A stretch of 64,000 nucleotides of DNA. It comes from Bdellovibrionales bacterium (lineage in GTDB: Bacteria > Bdellovibrionota > Bdellovibrionia > Bdellovibrionales > UBA1609). Below, piece by piece: positions 19,099-28,014 of this stretch. Position numbers and translations under genes: made by a program. The notes below the pieces were generated by a model. It saw only the letters and a list, made by a program, of their open reading frames with translations. It ran no database searches and was not told where the DNA came from. Every line of letters begins with the position of its first letter. The first letter of the stretch is position 1. The DNA is taken from contig CBDBGT010000011.1 of the NCBI GenBank assembly GCA_965205365.1, forward strand, positions 36,292 through 100,291, in the 5' to 3' direction.

Positions 19099-19650
19099 AT
19101 GAAAATTTATACTAAGACAGGGGACGCTGGGCAGACAAGTCTATTCTCAGGGGAGAGGGTTTCAAAAGCCCATAAATTAGTGGAGTCTTTTGGGTTTTTG
19201 GATGAGCTTAATACTGGTGTAGGTGTTCTTATTTGTAGTTTAAGGGCGGAGGAATTAGTAGAGTTTAATAAATCTATTGAGTTTTTTGAAAATCTACAGA
19301 GTCAAATTTTTTCTGTGGGAAGTTATTTGGCCTCAGAGTGTAAGGATCAAAAATATATTTTAAATATTTCAAAATGGGTGGCTTTACAAGAGTCTTATAT
19401 AGACAAACTAGATAGTGAATTAAAAGTGCTTAAAAACTTCATCCTTCCAGGAGGAGTGAGCTCTGCTTGCAATGCCCACTGTTGTAGGGTTTTAACCCGT
19501 AAAGCAGAACGGTGTGTTGTTGGTATAGGGCTTGATTTGGAAACAAGCCCTGTGATTCTTTATTTAAATAGATTATCAGATTTGTTTTTTGTTTTTGCAA
19601 GGTGGATAAATCATATTAAAAATATTAAGGAACCTATTTGGAAAAGTTAA
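19099..19650 (+). CDS. PduO-type cob(I)alamin adenosyltransferase
   Basis: MKIYTKTGD.G.T, FILPGG, RKAER, YLNRLSDLFF motifs. Confidence 0.92.
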   Translation: MKIYTKTGDAGQTSLFSGERVSKAHKLVESFGFLDELNTGVGVLICSLRAEELVEFNKSIEFFENLQSQIFSVGSYLASECKDQKYILNISKWVALQESYIDKLDSELKVLKNFILPGGVSSACNAHCCRVLTRKAERCVVGIGLDLETSPVILYLNRLSDLFFVFARWINHIKNIKEPIWKS

Positions 19651-20786
19651 ATTGTCTAAGCCGAATGGTTAAAAATTTAGATAAAGAAAAGTTTGAGGAA
19701 ATGGGGCCAAGCTTGAGTGGATCTTTTATGGACCTCTCTTTTAAAGAGGGGTCTGGAGCATATTATGCTCAGTTTGGAGAGAATGTAGAGAAAAGGTATT
19801 TAATAGGTAGCAATGGTAAGGTAAAATCAGAATTTACAGCATTTACAAGAGATTTATATCAAAAAGATAAAAATAGTCTTGTAAAAGTTCTTTTTATTGT
19901 AAACGCAAGAACTGTAAACACTAGAGAATCTTTAGTGGGCTGGTCTGAAAAATTATTTCCTGAGATTTTAAAGTTAAAAAAAGAGTTTTCATGTAGCCAC
20001 GCCCTTTTCTTTTTATCTAGAAGAGAAAAATGGTTGTTTGACTTTTTTATTCGCCCAAGAAAAAAAAGAGAAGACCAAATAAAGTTTAGTCATGTACGTG
20101 GAGCAAGTATACAAATTGTTCAGGGAACAAAGTTTTCTGCACAAGCCCCACTTAAGTATGTTAAAATAAGACGTGCTAAGGAAGAAGATCTTCAAAAATT
20201 AAGTGGATATATAAAGCAAGCATCTATGTATGCACCACTTTCAAGAAATGTAGGTGAGGAGCAGGTTTTAAAAGAGTTTAAGACGGTAAAAAATTTTTCC
20301 CCTGATGATGTGGCCCTAGCTTTTAATTCAAACGGTGAAATTGTAGGGTCTTTAGGTGCTGTAGATATGGCAAATCATGCAGACATTAAATTTAAATTTA
20401 ATGATTTATTTGAGCCTACCTTTAATGTCCTCCAAGGGTATCTAAGATTAGCATCCTGGGTTGCGGACTTAAGACCGGTTTTAGAAAAAAAAATACAAAA
20501 TGTAAGGATTTTTACACATATGTATTTTAACAATCATGATATTTTTTATTCTTTAATTTATTGGTGGATTGAGCAAACAAAACATATTTCTAAAAAAGAA
20601 AGGCCTGTGTTTTTGTATCCTTTTTATATGGGAGATTTAAAGGCAGCAGCGCCAGAATCTCTTTTTATCAGTAGCTTTAAGGGCGATATTTATTTAATTC
20701 AGGATGAAGGAGAGCTGCCATCTGAACTTTTAAAGCCAGTACTTTTTTCTCAACCTTTAGACATAGATTTAACATATTTAATTTAA
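19638..20786 (+). CDS. Hypothetical protein, possibly degenerate GNAT-like
   Basis: 382-aa ORF overlapping the preceding stop; no clear motif. Confidence 0.6.
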   Translation: MEKLNCLSRMVKNLDKEKFEEMGPSLSGSFMDLSFKEGSGAYYAQFGENVEKRYLIGSNGKVKSEFTAFTRDLYQKDKNSLVKVLFIVNARTVNTRESLVGWSEKLFPEILKLKKEFSCSHALFFLSRREKWLFDFFIRPRKKREDQIKFSHVRGASIQIVQGTKFSAQAPLKYVKIRRAKEEDLQKLSGYIKQASMYAPLSRNVGEEQVLKEFKTVKNFSPDDVALAFNSNGEIVGSLGAVDMANHADIKFKFNDLFEPTFNVLQGYLRLASWVADLRPVLEKKIQNVRIFTHMYFNNHDIFYSLIYWWIEQTKHISKKERPVFLYPFYMGDLKAAAPESLFISSFKGDIYLIQDEGELPSELLKPVLFSQPLDIDLTYLI

Positions 20787-20912
20787 TGAAAACATAGCTT
20801 ACATATAACTTTTAGGTTTTCTATGAGAACTGCCTAGACGATTTACTTGCAGGTTATCCCACAAAGAGGGAAACTGTTATATAGTATGTTTAAGTCTTTT
20901 TGGTGGGAATAA

Positions 20913-21863
20913 ATGAGTAGCAATTATTTTGAGAATAAAAAAATAAAAAGTGCTTTAGTTTATCTCTTTTTGCTATACTTAGCATATCTTGTAGTTGATA
21001 TATGTGTGCTTAAATTTATTAAGCCTAAATTCTTAGTTGAAGTATTGAGAAAAGATAAAGGCCCTAAGGTTAACACCTTTGAATCTCAAACAGGAAGTTT
21101 TGAAATTGCTGAGTTAGGAGAGAGAGGGACTTTTACTGACGAAATAATAGAGCGTAATATATTTAATTCAAAACAAATGCCTAAGCCTATTGCAAGCCTT
21201 GAAGGTAGAGATAGAACTGAGGAGCTTGAAGATGGGGAACCTGTGTTGTCAGCTTTACAACTTATATTAGCAGGAACTGCTGTTCATAGAAATCCATTTA
21301 GATCTCTTGCAACAATTACAAATTCAGGAAGTACTGTGAGTTATACAGTTGGTGATCAGGTGGCAAACCTTGCTGAAATTATTAGTGTCATTCGTAAAAA
21401 AGTTATTATTAGAAATTTAACAACAAAAAGACTTGAATATATTGAGATTTCTAAAGGCCAAGTTCCTGTGGAAGCACCTGTAGCTAGAAATAAATTTAAA
21501 CCTATTAAAAAAAAATCTAATGATTTAATCAAAAGAGATGGTAATAAGTTTATTGCTAAAAGGGCTGATGTGGATGCTCAAATAGCAAATATTTCATCCC
21601 TAGCTAGGCAGGCAAAAAGTAGGCTTGCTAGAGACCCTGCAACAGGTGAAATTTTAGGCTATGAAATTTTTGATATTAAACCAGGTTTGTTACAAAATTT
21701 AGGCATTCAAGATAATGACATTATTACTGAGGTCAATGGAAGGCCAATTAAGAATCCAATTCAAGCAACTAGTGCGTTTTCAAAACTTAAAGGTGTTAAT
21801 GAAATTAGAACCACAATAAATCGTGGTGGTCGAATTATTCAATTAGATTATATAATTGAATAA
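20913..21863 (+). CDS. gspC: Type II secretion protein GspC (with PDZ domain)
   Basis: N-terminal TM helix, RNIF, L.GT, PDZ motif LGIQDNDIITEVNG; precedes gspD. Confidence 0.85.
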   Translation: MSSNYFENKKIKSALVYLFLLYLAYLVVDICVLKFIKPKFLVEVLRKDKGPKVNTFESQTGSFEIAELGERGTFTDEIIERNIFNSKQMPKPIASLEGRDRTEELEDGEPVLSALQLILAGTAVHRNPFRSLATITNSGSTVSYTVGDQVANLAEIISVIRKKVIIRNLTTKRLEYIEISKGQVPVEAPVARNKFKPIKKKSNDLIKRDGNKFIAKRADVDAQIANISSLARQAKSRLARDPATGEILGYEIFDIKPGLLQNLGIQDNDIITEVNGRPIKNPIQATSAFSKLKGVNEIRTTINRGGRIIQLDYIIE

Positions 21864-21887
21864 GGATTTTGAAGAAAAGGGGATATT

Positions 21888-24122
21888 ATGAATAAAATAA
21901 AAGTGATATTTACAGTATTTTTTGTAATTATAAGTGTTCCTTTAAGTGGACTCTATGCTCAAACTAAAGAAACATATAAAGTAAAAGGGGCTAAAGGGTA
22001 TTCAACAGATGAAATTGCAGGACCTAAGTCAAAAGCAGGTGTTAAATTCAGTGATGCTTATCCTGAAGAGATAAATGAAAAAAATTATCCAGATATGATT
22101 GATACTTTTGATTACCCAAGTATTGAGATTAAGGATCTTATAAATGTTATTGCTGAATTAACAGGTAAGAGGTTTATCACTTCAGAAAAAATTAGTGGCA
22201 AAGTAACAATCAATTCAAAAGAACCCATTTCTGTTGCTGAAGCTTATAAAGTCTTCTTATCGGCTTTACAAATGAATGACTTGACAGTTGTTCCTTCAGG
22301 AAAATTTTTAAAGATCATTAAAACAAGAGATGCAATTAAACTCTCCATTGAAACTTATACAGGAAAGTATTTTCCTGATTCTGATCAAATGATTATTAAA
22401 ACTGTTAAGTTAAAGTATATTCCTGCAGCTCAATTGGTTAAATCTTTAAGATCATTATATTCTAAAGATGGTGATATTAAAGAGTATGAACCTACAAACT
22501 CTCTTATTATATCTGATTGGGGTTCAAATGTAGAAAAAATTGTTGGTATCATTAGAGAATTAGATGTACCAGGGTTTGAAGAAAAAATGGAAGTGATTCC
22601 TATAAAATATGCTTTGGCTAAAGATATTGCTGAATTGATTAACAATATTATTAATAAAGGTCAAAAAAGATCAAGTTCAATTCCTAGGTTTAGAAGGTCT
22701 AGGAAGGGAGACATTTCAGGAAAAAGTTCAGTTAATTTGTCATATGTTACTGACGATACAAGAACCAATTCAATTATTGCCTTGGGCAACTCTGGAGGGA
22801 TTAAGAAGGCTAGAGAGCTTGTGAGCATTCTTGACTCTAAGCGTGACGGGGAAGAAGAAGGTGGTGTTCATGTTTATTATGTTAGGCATAATGATGCTGA
22901 AGAAATGGCAAAAACATTGGGTGGTATTGCTAATGATTCTAAAAAAGCTCAGACAGGTGGAAAGAGTGGCAGAAATTCTTCAGTGAATTTGCCGAACACA
23001 GCAAAGCCTAAGACACCAGCACAAATTTTTGGAAGTGAAGTAGCGGTTAAGGCTGATAAAAATATAAATGCTCTTTTGATAACAGCAAGTGCGTCTGATT
23101 ATCAAAAAGTAAAAAGAATTCTATCTAAAATAGATATTCCAAGGGATCAGGTTTTTGTTGAGACTATTATTATGGAGATCACATCTGATAATCAAAGGGA
23201 TGTGGGGATAGACATTGCTAAAGTTGATACAGCAGGTGCAACTAGTGTAACTAATCCTGCAACAAGCTTTGCTGTTCAAGGTATGTTTGGGAATGAAAAT
23301 GGTGGTTTGAAAGATTTCTTAACAAATCCCATAGCAGCTTTAAGTGGTGGTATATTGTCTTTTGGTACAGGGGAGGAGAAGCACTTAAGTATAGGTGGTG
23401 TAACAACTACGGTAAATTCTGTAATGGGTTTAGTAAAATTAATTCAAAGCTATAAAGTTGGAAATATTTTGTCTACTCCTACCATTATGGCAATGGACAA
23501 TGAGGAAGCAGAATTAGAAGTTGGAAAGGAAGTTGTTGTGGGGCAACAACAGGTTTCAAATGCTGCTGGAGCAACGGTTTCCACTAAAAGAGCCGATGTG
23601 AACACAAGTTTAAAGATTACTCCATCTATTAGTCCAGAGTCTAATGCTGTTAGGCTTAAAATAGATCAAAAAGTTAAAGATGTTGTTCAAGCCGGAGACC
23701 CTAATACTGATATCAACACAAAATCTTTAATTACAAACATTACTGTTCCAAATGGTGATACTGCAGTTTTAGGTGGTTTAGTGAGTGAGAAGGTTTCAAG
23801 TACAGTAAGTAAGGTTCCTTTATTAGGAGATATTCCAATTCTAGGGTGGCTGTTTCGGTCTAAGAAGAAAGATGTTAGGAAATCAAATTTAATGCTTTTT
23901 ATAACACCTAAAATCATTAGAAACCCTTTACAGAATCAAAAGTTATTAAAGGTAGAAATTGATAAGCGGTTACGCTTTATTAAAAAGAATATGAATGGTG
24001 TAGATCCTTTTGGTAATAAGGTTGATGAAATCTCTAAAATAAATCGTTCTAATAATAGTTCTAGTTGGGATGAGGAAACTCCTGAGGAGCTAAAAGAATA
24101 TCCAGTGATTGAGACAGAATAA
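21888..24122 (+). CDS. gspD: Type II secretion secretin GspD
   Basis: N-domain repeats, QVFVETIIME, KVPLLGDIPILGWLF, LFITPKII. Confidence 0.95.
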   Translation: MNKIKVIFTVFFVIISVPLSGLYAQTKETYKVKGAKGYSTDEIAGPKSKAGVKFSDAYPEEINEKNYPDMIDTFDYPSIEIKDLINVIAELTGKRFITSEKISGKVTINSKEPISVAEAYKVFLSALQMNDLTVVPSGKFLKIIKTRDAIKLSIETYTGKYFPDSDQMIIKTVKLKYIPAAQLVKSLRSLYSKDGDIKEYEPTNSLIISDWGSNVEKIVGIIRELDVPGFEEKMEVIPIKYALAKDIAELINNIINKGQKRSSSIPRFRRSRKGDISGKSSVNLSYVTDDTRTNSIIALGNSGGIKKARELVSILDSKRDGEEEGGVHVYYVRHNDAEEMAKTLGGIANDSKKAQTGGKSGRNSSVNLPNTAKPKTPAQIFGSEVAVKADKNINALLITASASDYQKVKRILSKIDIPRDQVFVETIIMEITSDNQRDVGIDIAKVDTAGATSVTNPATSFAVQGMFGNENGGLKDFLTNPIAALSGGILSFGTGEEKHLSIGGVTTTVNSVMGLVKLIQSYKVGNILSTPTIMAMDNEEAELEVGKEVVVGQQQVSNAAGATVSTKRADVNTSLKITPSISPESNAVRLKIDQKVKDVVQAGDPNTDINTKSLITNITVPNGDTAVLGGLVSEKVSSTVSKVPLLGDIPILGWLFRSKKKDVRKSNLMLFITPKIIRNPLQNQKLLKVEIDKRLRFIKKNMNGVDPFGNKVDEISKINRSNNSSSWDEETPEELKEYPVIETE

Positions 24123-24124
24123 AT

Positions 24125-25819
24125 ATGACAACACCTTTAAAAGCTTCTTTAGATTCAATTTTACTTAAAGGCACCTCCTTTTCAAAGGAAGAGTTAGGCT
24201 CCTTATTTTCAACGTATTTGTCATCTGGTGAAACAGTGGAACAGGTTTTAAGAGAGAAATCTTTTAAAACTTCTAGTGAAGCGGTAAAAAATTTGTCTCA
24301 CCTTATAGGTGTTGATTTCATGGAGGATGTTCCTTTTGGTGAAATTTCTGGAGACTTAGTAAGAAATATACCAATCAACTATGCTAAAACAAATGAAATC
24401 ATACCTTATAAAGAAGAAAAAGAAGAGCTTTTTGTATTCTCTTCAAATCCTTTAAATTTTAATGTTTTAGATGACTTAAGGGTTCTTTTTAATAAAAAAA
24501 TAACACCAATTATGTCAACAAGCTTGGTTATTCAAGAGGCTATTAATAAGGTTTATGAAAAGAGTACGTCAGGTTTAGATGGTTTTGATGAAGTTAGTGG
24601 TGAAGAATATGATTTAGAAGACCCTGTTATAGATTTATTAGAAGCTGGTGAAGATGATGCTCCAGTAATTAAACTTGTAAACTCTTTATTATTTAGAGCT
24701 GTAAAAGAAAAAGCTTCAGATGTTCATTTAGAGCCTTATGAAAGAGATATGGTGGTAAGATTTAGAATCGATGGAGTTTTATTTGATATTTTTAAACCAC
24801 CTAAGAAGTTACAAAATGCAATTACTTCTAGAATTAAGGTTATGGCAAATTTAAATATTGCTGAAAAAAGGCTTCCACAAGATGGAAGGATTCCTTTAAA
24901 ACTTGCAGGTAAGGATATTGATGTACGTTTGTCCACTGTTCCAACAGCGTTTGGTGAGCGAGTAGTTATGCGTCTTCAAGATAGATCTAATATTATTTTA
25001 GATCTTTATCAGTTGGGTTTTTCAGCTAAATCTTTAGTTCAAATCAATCATATTTTAGAAAAAACCTACGGTATTTTATTGGTAACAGGTCCTACAGGTA
25101 GTGGTAAATCAACTACACTTTATTCTTGTATATCTAAAATAAACACCATTGATAGAAATATTGTAACTGTTGAAAATCCTGTGGAGCAAAGGATACATGG
25201 AATTGGACAGATTCAAACTAATGAAAGAATTGGTCTTACTTTTGGGACTGCGTTAAGAGCTATTTTAAGACAAGACCCTAATGTCATTATGATAGGAGAG
25301 ATTAGGGATTTAGAAACAGCTGAGATTGCTATTAATGCGTCGTTAACTGGTCACTTAGTCTTATCTACTATTCATACCAATGATTCATCAGGAGTTTTTC
25401 CAAGGTTGATTGATATGGGGTGTGAGCCTTTTTTAATTGCAACATCTTTACTTGGTGTAATTGCTCAAAGACTTGTAAGGGTTTTGTGTGATCATTGTAA
25501 AGCTCCCTATACACCTTCAGATATTGAAATAAAAGCGTTAGGTTTAACGGTAGAACAGATAAACAGTGCTAGTATTCATAAGCCTGTTGGCTGTAGTGAA
25601 TGTAACCATAAGGGTTATATTGGACGAACTTTGATTATGGAGCTTTTAGTTTTAGATGATGAGGTGCGATCTTTAATTATGCAAAGAGTAGACAGTGGAA
25701 CAATTAAAAAAATTGCTGAAAAAAATGGAATGAAGACTTTTAGAGACCATGGAGTTTCTAAGGTTTTAAATGGAATTACATCTATTGAAGAAGTGATTAC
25801 AAACACACAAGTGGATTAG
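24125..25819 (+). CDS. gspE: Type II secretion ATPase GspE
   Basis: ASDVHLEP, GPTGSGKSTT, LRQDP, TGHLVLSTIH, CxxC pairs. Confidence 0.95.
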   Translation: MTTPLKASLDSILLKGTSFSKEELGSLFSTYLSSGETVEQVLREKSFKTSSEAVKNLSHLIGVDFMEDVPFGEISGDLVRNIPINYAKTNEIIPYKEEKEELFVFSSNPLNFNVLDDLRVLFNKKITPIMSTSLVIQEAINKVYEKSTSGLDGFDEVSGEEYDLEDPVIDLLEAGEDDAPVIKLVNSLLFRAVKEKASDVHLEPYERDMVVRFRIDGVLFDIFKPPKKLQNAITSRIKVMANLNIAEKRLPQDGRIPLKLAGKDIDVRLSTVPTAFGERVVMRLQDRSNIILDLYQLGFSAKSLVQINHILEKTYGILLVTGPTGSGKSTTLYSCISKINTIDRNIVTVENPVEQRIHGIGQIQTNERIGLTFGTALRAILRQDPNVIMIGEIRDLETAEIAINASLTGHLVLSTIHTNDSSGVFPRLIDMGCEPFLIATSLLGVIAQRLVRVLCDHCKAPYTPSDIEIKALGLTVEQINSASIHKPVGCSECNHKGYIGRTLIMELLVLDDEVRSLIMQRVDSGTIKKIAEKNGMKTFRDHGVSKVLNGITSIEEVITNTQVD

Positions 25820-25822
25820 TAA

Positions 25823-27037
25823 ATGCCTTTATATGAATATAAAGCCTTAAATAGGCAAGGGAAAAAAGTTAAGGGAGTTGTTGATTCTGATAACTCTAAG
25901 GCAGCTCGTGTGGAGCTTAAGAAAAAGGGTCTTTATGTAACAGATGTATATAATAAATCTCAAAGGCAAGGGAAAGCAAAAAGTGGTATAAGCTCTAGCG
26001 CAAGAGTAAGAATTGATGATTTATCTCTTGCAACTAGGCAATTAGCAACACTTCTTAAAGCTAATATTCCCTTAGTAGAAGCTTTGGCAATATCTGCAAG
26101 CCAGTCAGACAATGTAGTTTTAAAGGAAGCTTTCTCAGACATTAGGAATGAAGTTAATGAAGGTGGAACTCTTAATAAAGCATTATTAAAATACCCTGGA
26201 ATATTTAATAAAGTTTATATTTCAATGTGTGAGGCTGGTGAAACATCAGGAACCCTTGATGTTATTCTTGTTAGGCTTGCTGAGTTTACAGAGAGCCAAA
26301 GTGAACTTCAAGCCAAGTTAAAATCAGCAATGACTTACCCTATGATTATGCTTTCTTTTATGACTTTATTAGTGGGCGGATTGTTTATTTTTATGATTCC
26401 TCAGATGAAACAAATTTTTGAGGATAATGAAGACTTAGAACTTCCAGTATTGTCGCAAATTGTTTTTGCAACAAGTGATTTTTTATTAGAATACTGGGTT
26501 CTTATTATAGCAAGTTTTTTGTTCTCTGTATTTTTATTTCAAATTTGGAAAAAATCTCCTTCAGGGAGTAATGTTTGGGACGCAATTAAGTTAAAATTTC
26601 CAGTTTTTGGAAACTTAATCAGAATGGTTGCTGTTGCAAGGTTTACAAGAACGTTGGCAACATTATTAGATGGTGGTGTTCCTATGCTTCATGCTATGTC
26701 TATTGTTAGAAATGTTGTAGATAATGAAGTGTTGGCAATAGCTTTAGATGAAGCTAGGGATAATATTAGTGAAGGAGAGTCCATTGCAGGTCCCCTTAAA
26801 AAATCTGGAGAATTTCCACCAATTGTAATTCATATGATAAGTACTGGTGAAAAAACAGGCGAACTTGAAAATATGCTTACACAAGTGAGTGATTCTTACG
26901 ATTTTCAGGTAAGAAATAAGGTAGATAGTTTTACATCTATTTTAGAACCAGTTATGTTAGTCTTAATGGGGCTTATTGTGGCAGTGATTGTGTTTGCAGT
27001 AGTCTTGCCAATGCTTGCAATGCAGGGGACTGTTTAA
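25823..27037 (+). CDS. gspF: Type II secretion inner-membrane protein GspF
   Basis: RQLATLL, GETSGTLD, AMTYP, GEKTGELE, ILEP motifs. Confidence 0.95.
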   Translation: MPLYEYKALNRQGKKVKGVVDSDNSKAARVELKKKGLYVTDVYNKSQRQGKAKSGISSSARVRIDDLSLATRQLATLLKANIPLVEALAISASQSDNVVLKEAFSDIRNEVNEGGTLNKALLKYPGIFNKVYISMCEAGETSGTLDVILVRLAEFTESQSELQAKLKSAMTYPMIMLSFMTLLVGGLFIFMIPQMKQIFEDNEDLELPVLSQIVFATSDFLLEYWVLIIASFLFSVFLFQIWKKSPSGSNVWDAIKLKFPVFGNLIRMVAVARFTRTLATLLDGGVPMLHAMSIVRNVVDNEVLAIALDEARDNISEGESIAGPLKKSGEFPPIVIHMISTGEKTGELENMLTQVSDSYDFQVRNKVDSFTSILEPVMLVLMGLIVAVIVFAVVLPMLAMQGTV

Positions 27038-27088
27038 AGATTTAAATTTAAAAAAGGTTTAGCATTTCTAAAGTAGAAGGAGAAAAAA

Positions 27089-27508
27089 ATGATAAGAGTA
27101 AATAACCAAAAAGGTATGAGTTTAGTTGAGATATTAGTTGTTTTGGCTATTATTGGTGTTATTGGAACAACAATTGCCAGTAATGTCATAGGCAGGAATA
27201 AAAAGGCTAAATATGATACTGCAAAAATTCAAATATCTAAAATTACTAATGCAATTAATGAATTTTATAGTGATTGTGATCAAATTCCAGATTCTTTAGG
27301 TCAGCTTATTGACCAGCCAAGTGAGGATGTTTGTGAATCTTGGGGATTAGGTGGAGCATACGCTAAAAAGCGAGATCTTTTAGATCCATGGAAGCAAGAA
27401 TTTATATATGAAGTAAAAGGTAGTGATTTTGTTATTATAAGTTATGGGGCTGATAAGTCTCAAGGTGGAGAAGGCTTAGGGAAAGATATTTCAAGTGAGG
27501 ACTTATAA
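27089..27508 (+). CDS. gspG: Type II secretion major pseudopilin GspG
   Basis: GMSLVEILVV, DPW...Y, SYGAD..GGEG...DI motifs. Confidence 0.92.
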   Translation: MIRVNNQKGMSLVEILVVLAIIGVIGTTIASNVIGRNKKAKYDTAKIQISKITNAINEFYSDCDQIPDSLGQLIDQPSEDVCESWGLGGAYAKKRDLLDPWKQEFIYEVKGSDFVIISYGADKSQGGEGLGKDISSEDL

Positions 27509-27948
27509 TTTCTTGTCGGATTCTTCACTGTCTTATGCTTAAGAATTTAGAGTAAAATTTATTATTTTAAGTAAAGATATTTTTTACTTAAATAAGACAT
27601 CTTTAAAATTTTTATTCCACAATACTTAGTACACCGTGGCATTAATTTTTAGGTTAATAAATTTGAGGTATCAAAAGGCTTTCCCTGATATAGCGTTTAG
27701 CTTTGATTATAGCTTTCTCATAAAAGAAAAAAAGACGAAGATAAAGATAAAGAGTAAGTGGTGGAGCTTAGAAAATATTTTATCATTTTTTTAAATAATT
27801 AAAGAGCTTAAGACCTTAATTTTTTTTTACTACTTTTGTATCAAAATAAGAAAAAAACATTTCTTTAAAAACACTAAGTTAAAAACACAGCCTAAAAAGC
27901 TACACCCATTAAGCCTTAATATTAAATTAAGAAAATCACTTAATTTAC

Positions 27949-27976
27949 TCAAGTTTTTAAGCCCTTTATCCGATAC
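27949..27976 (+). promoter_or_regulatory. Putative sigma28 (FliA) promoter of fibre gene 2
   Basis: Identical to the motif at 9238-9265. Confidence 0.55.
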
Positions 27977-28014
27977 ATAGAGTATAAAATATAAGAATTT
28001 ATATAGGATATAAC

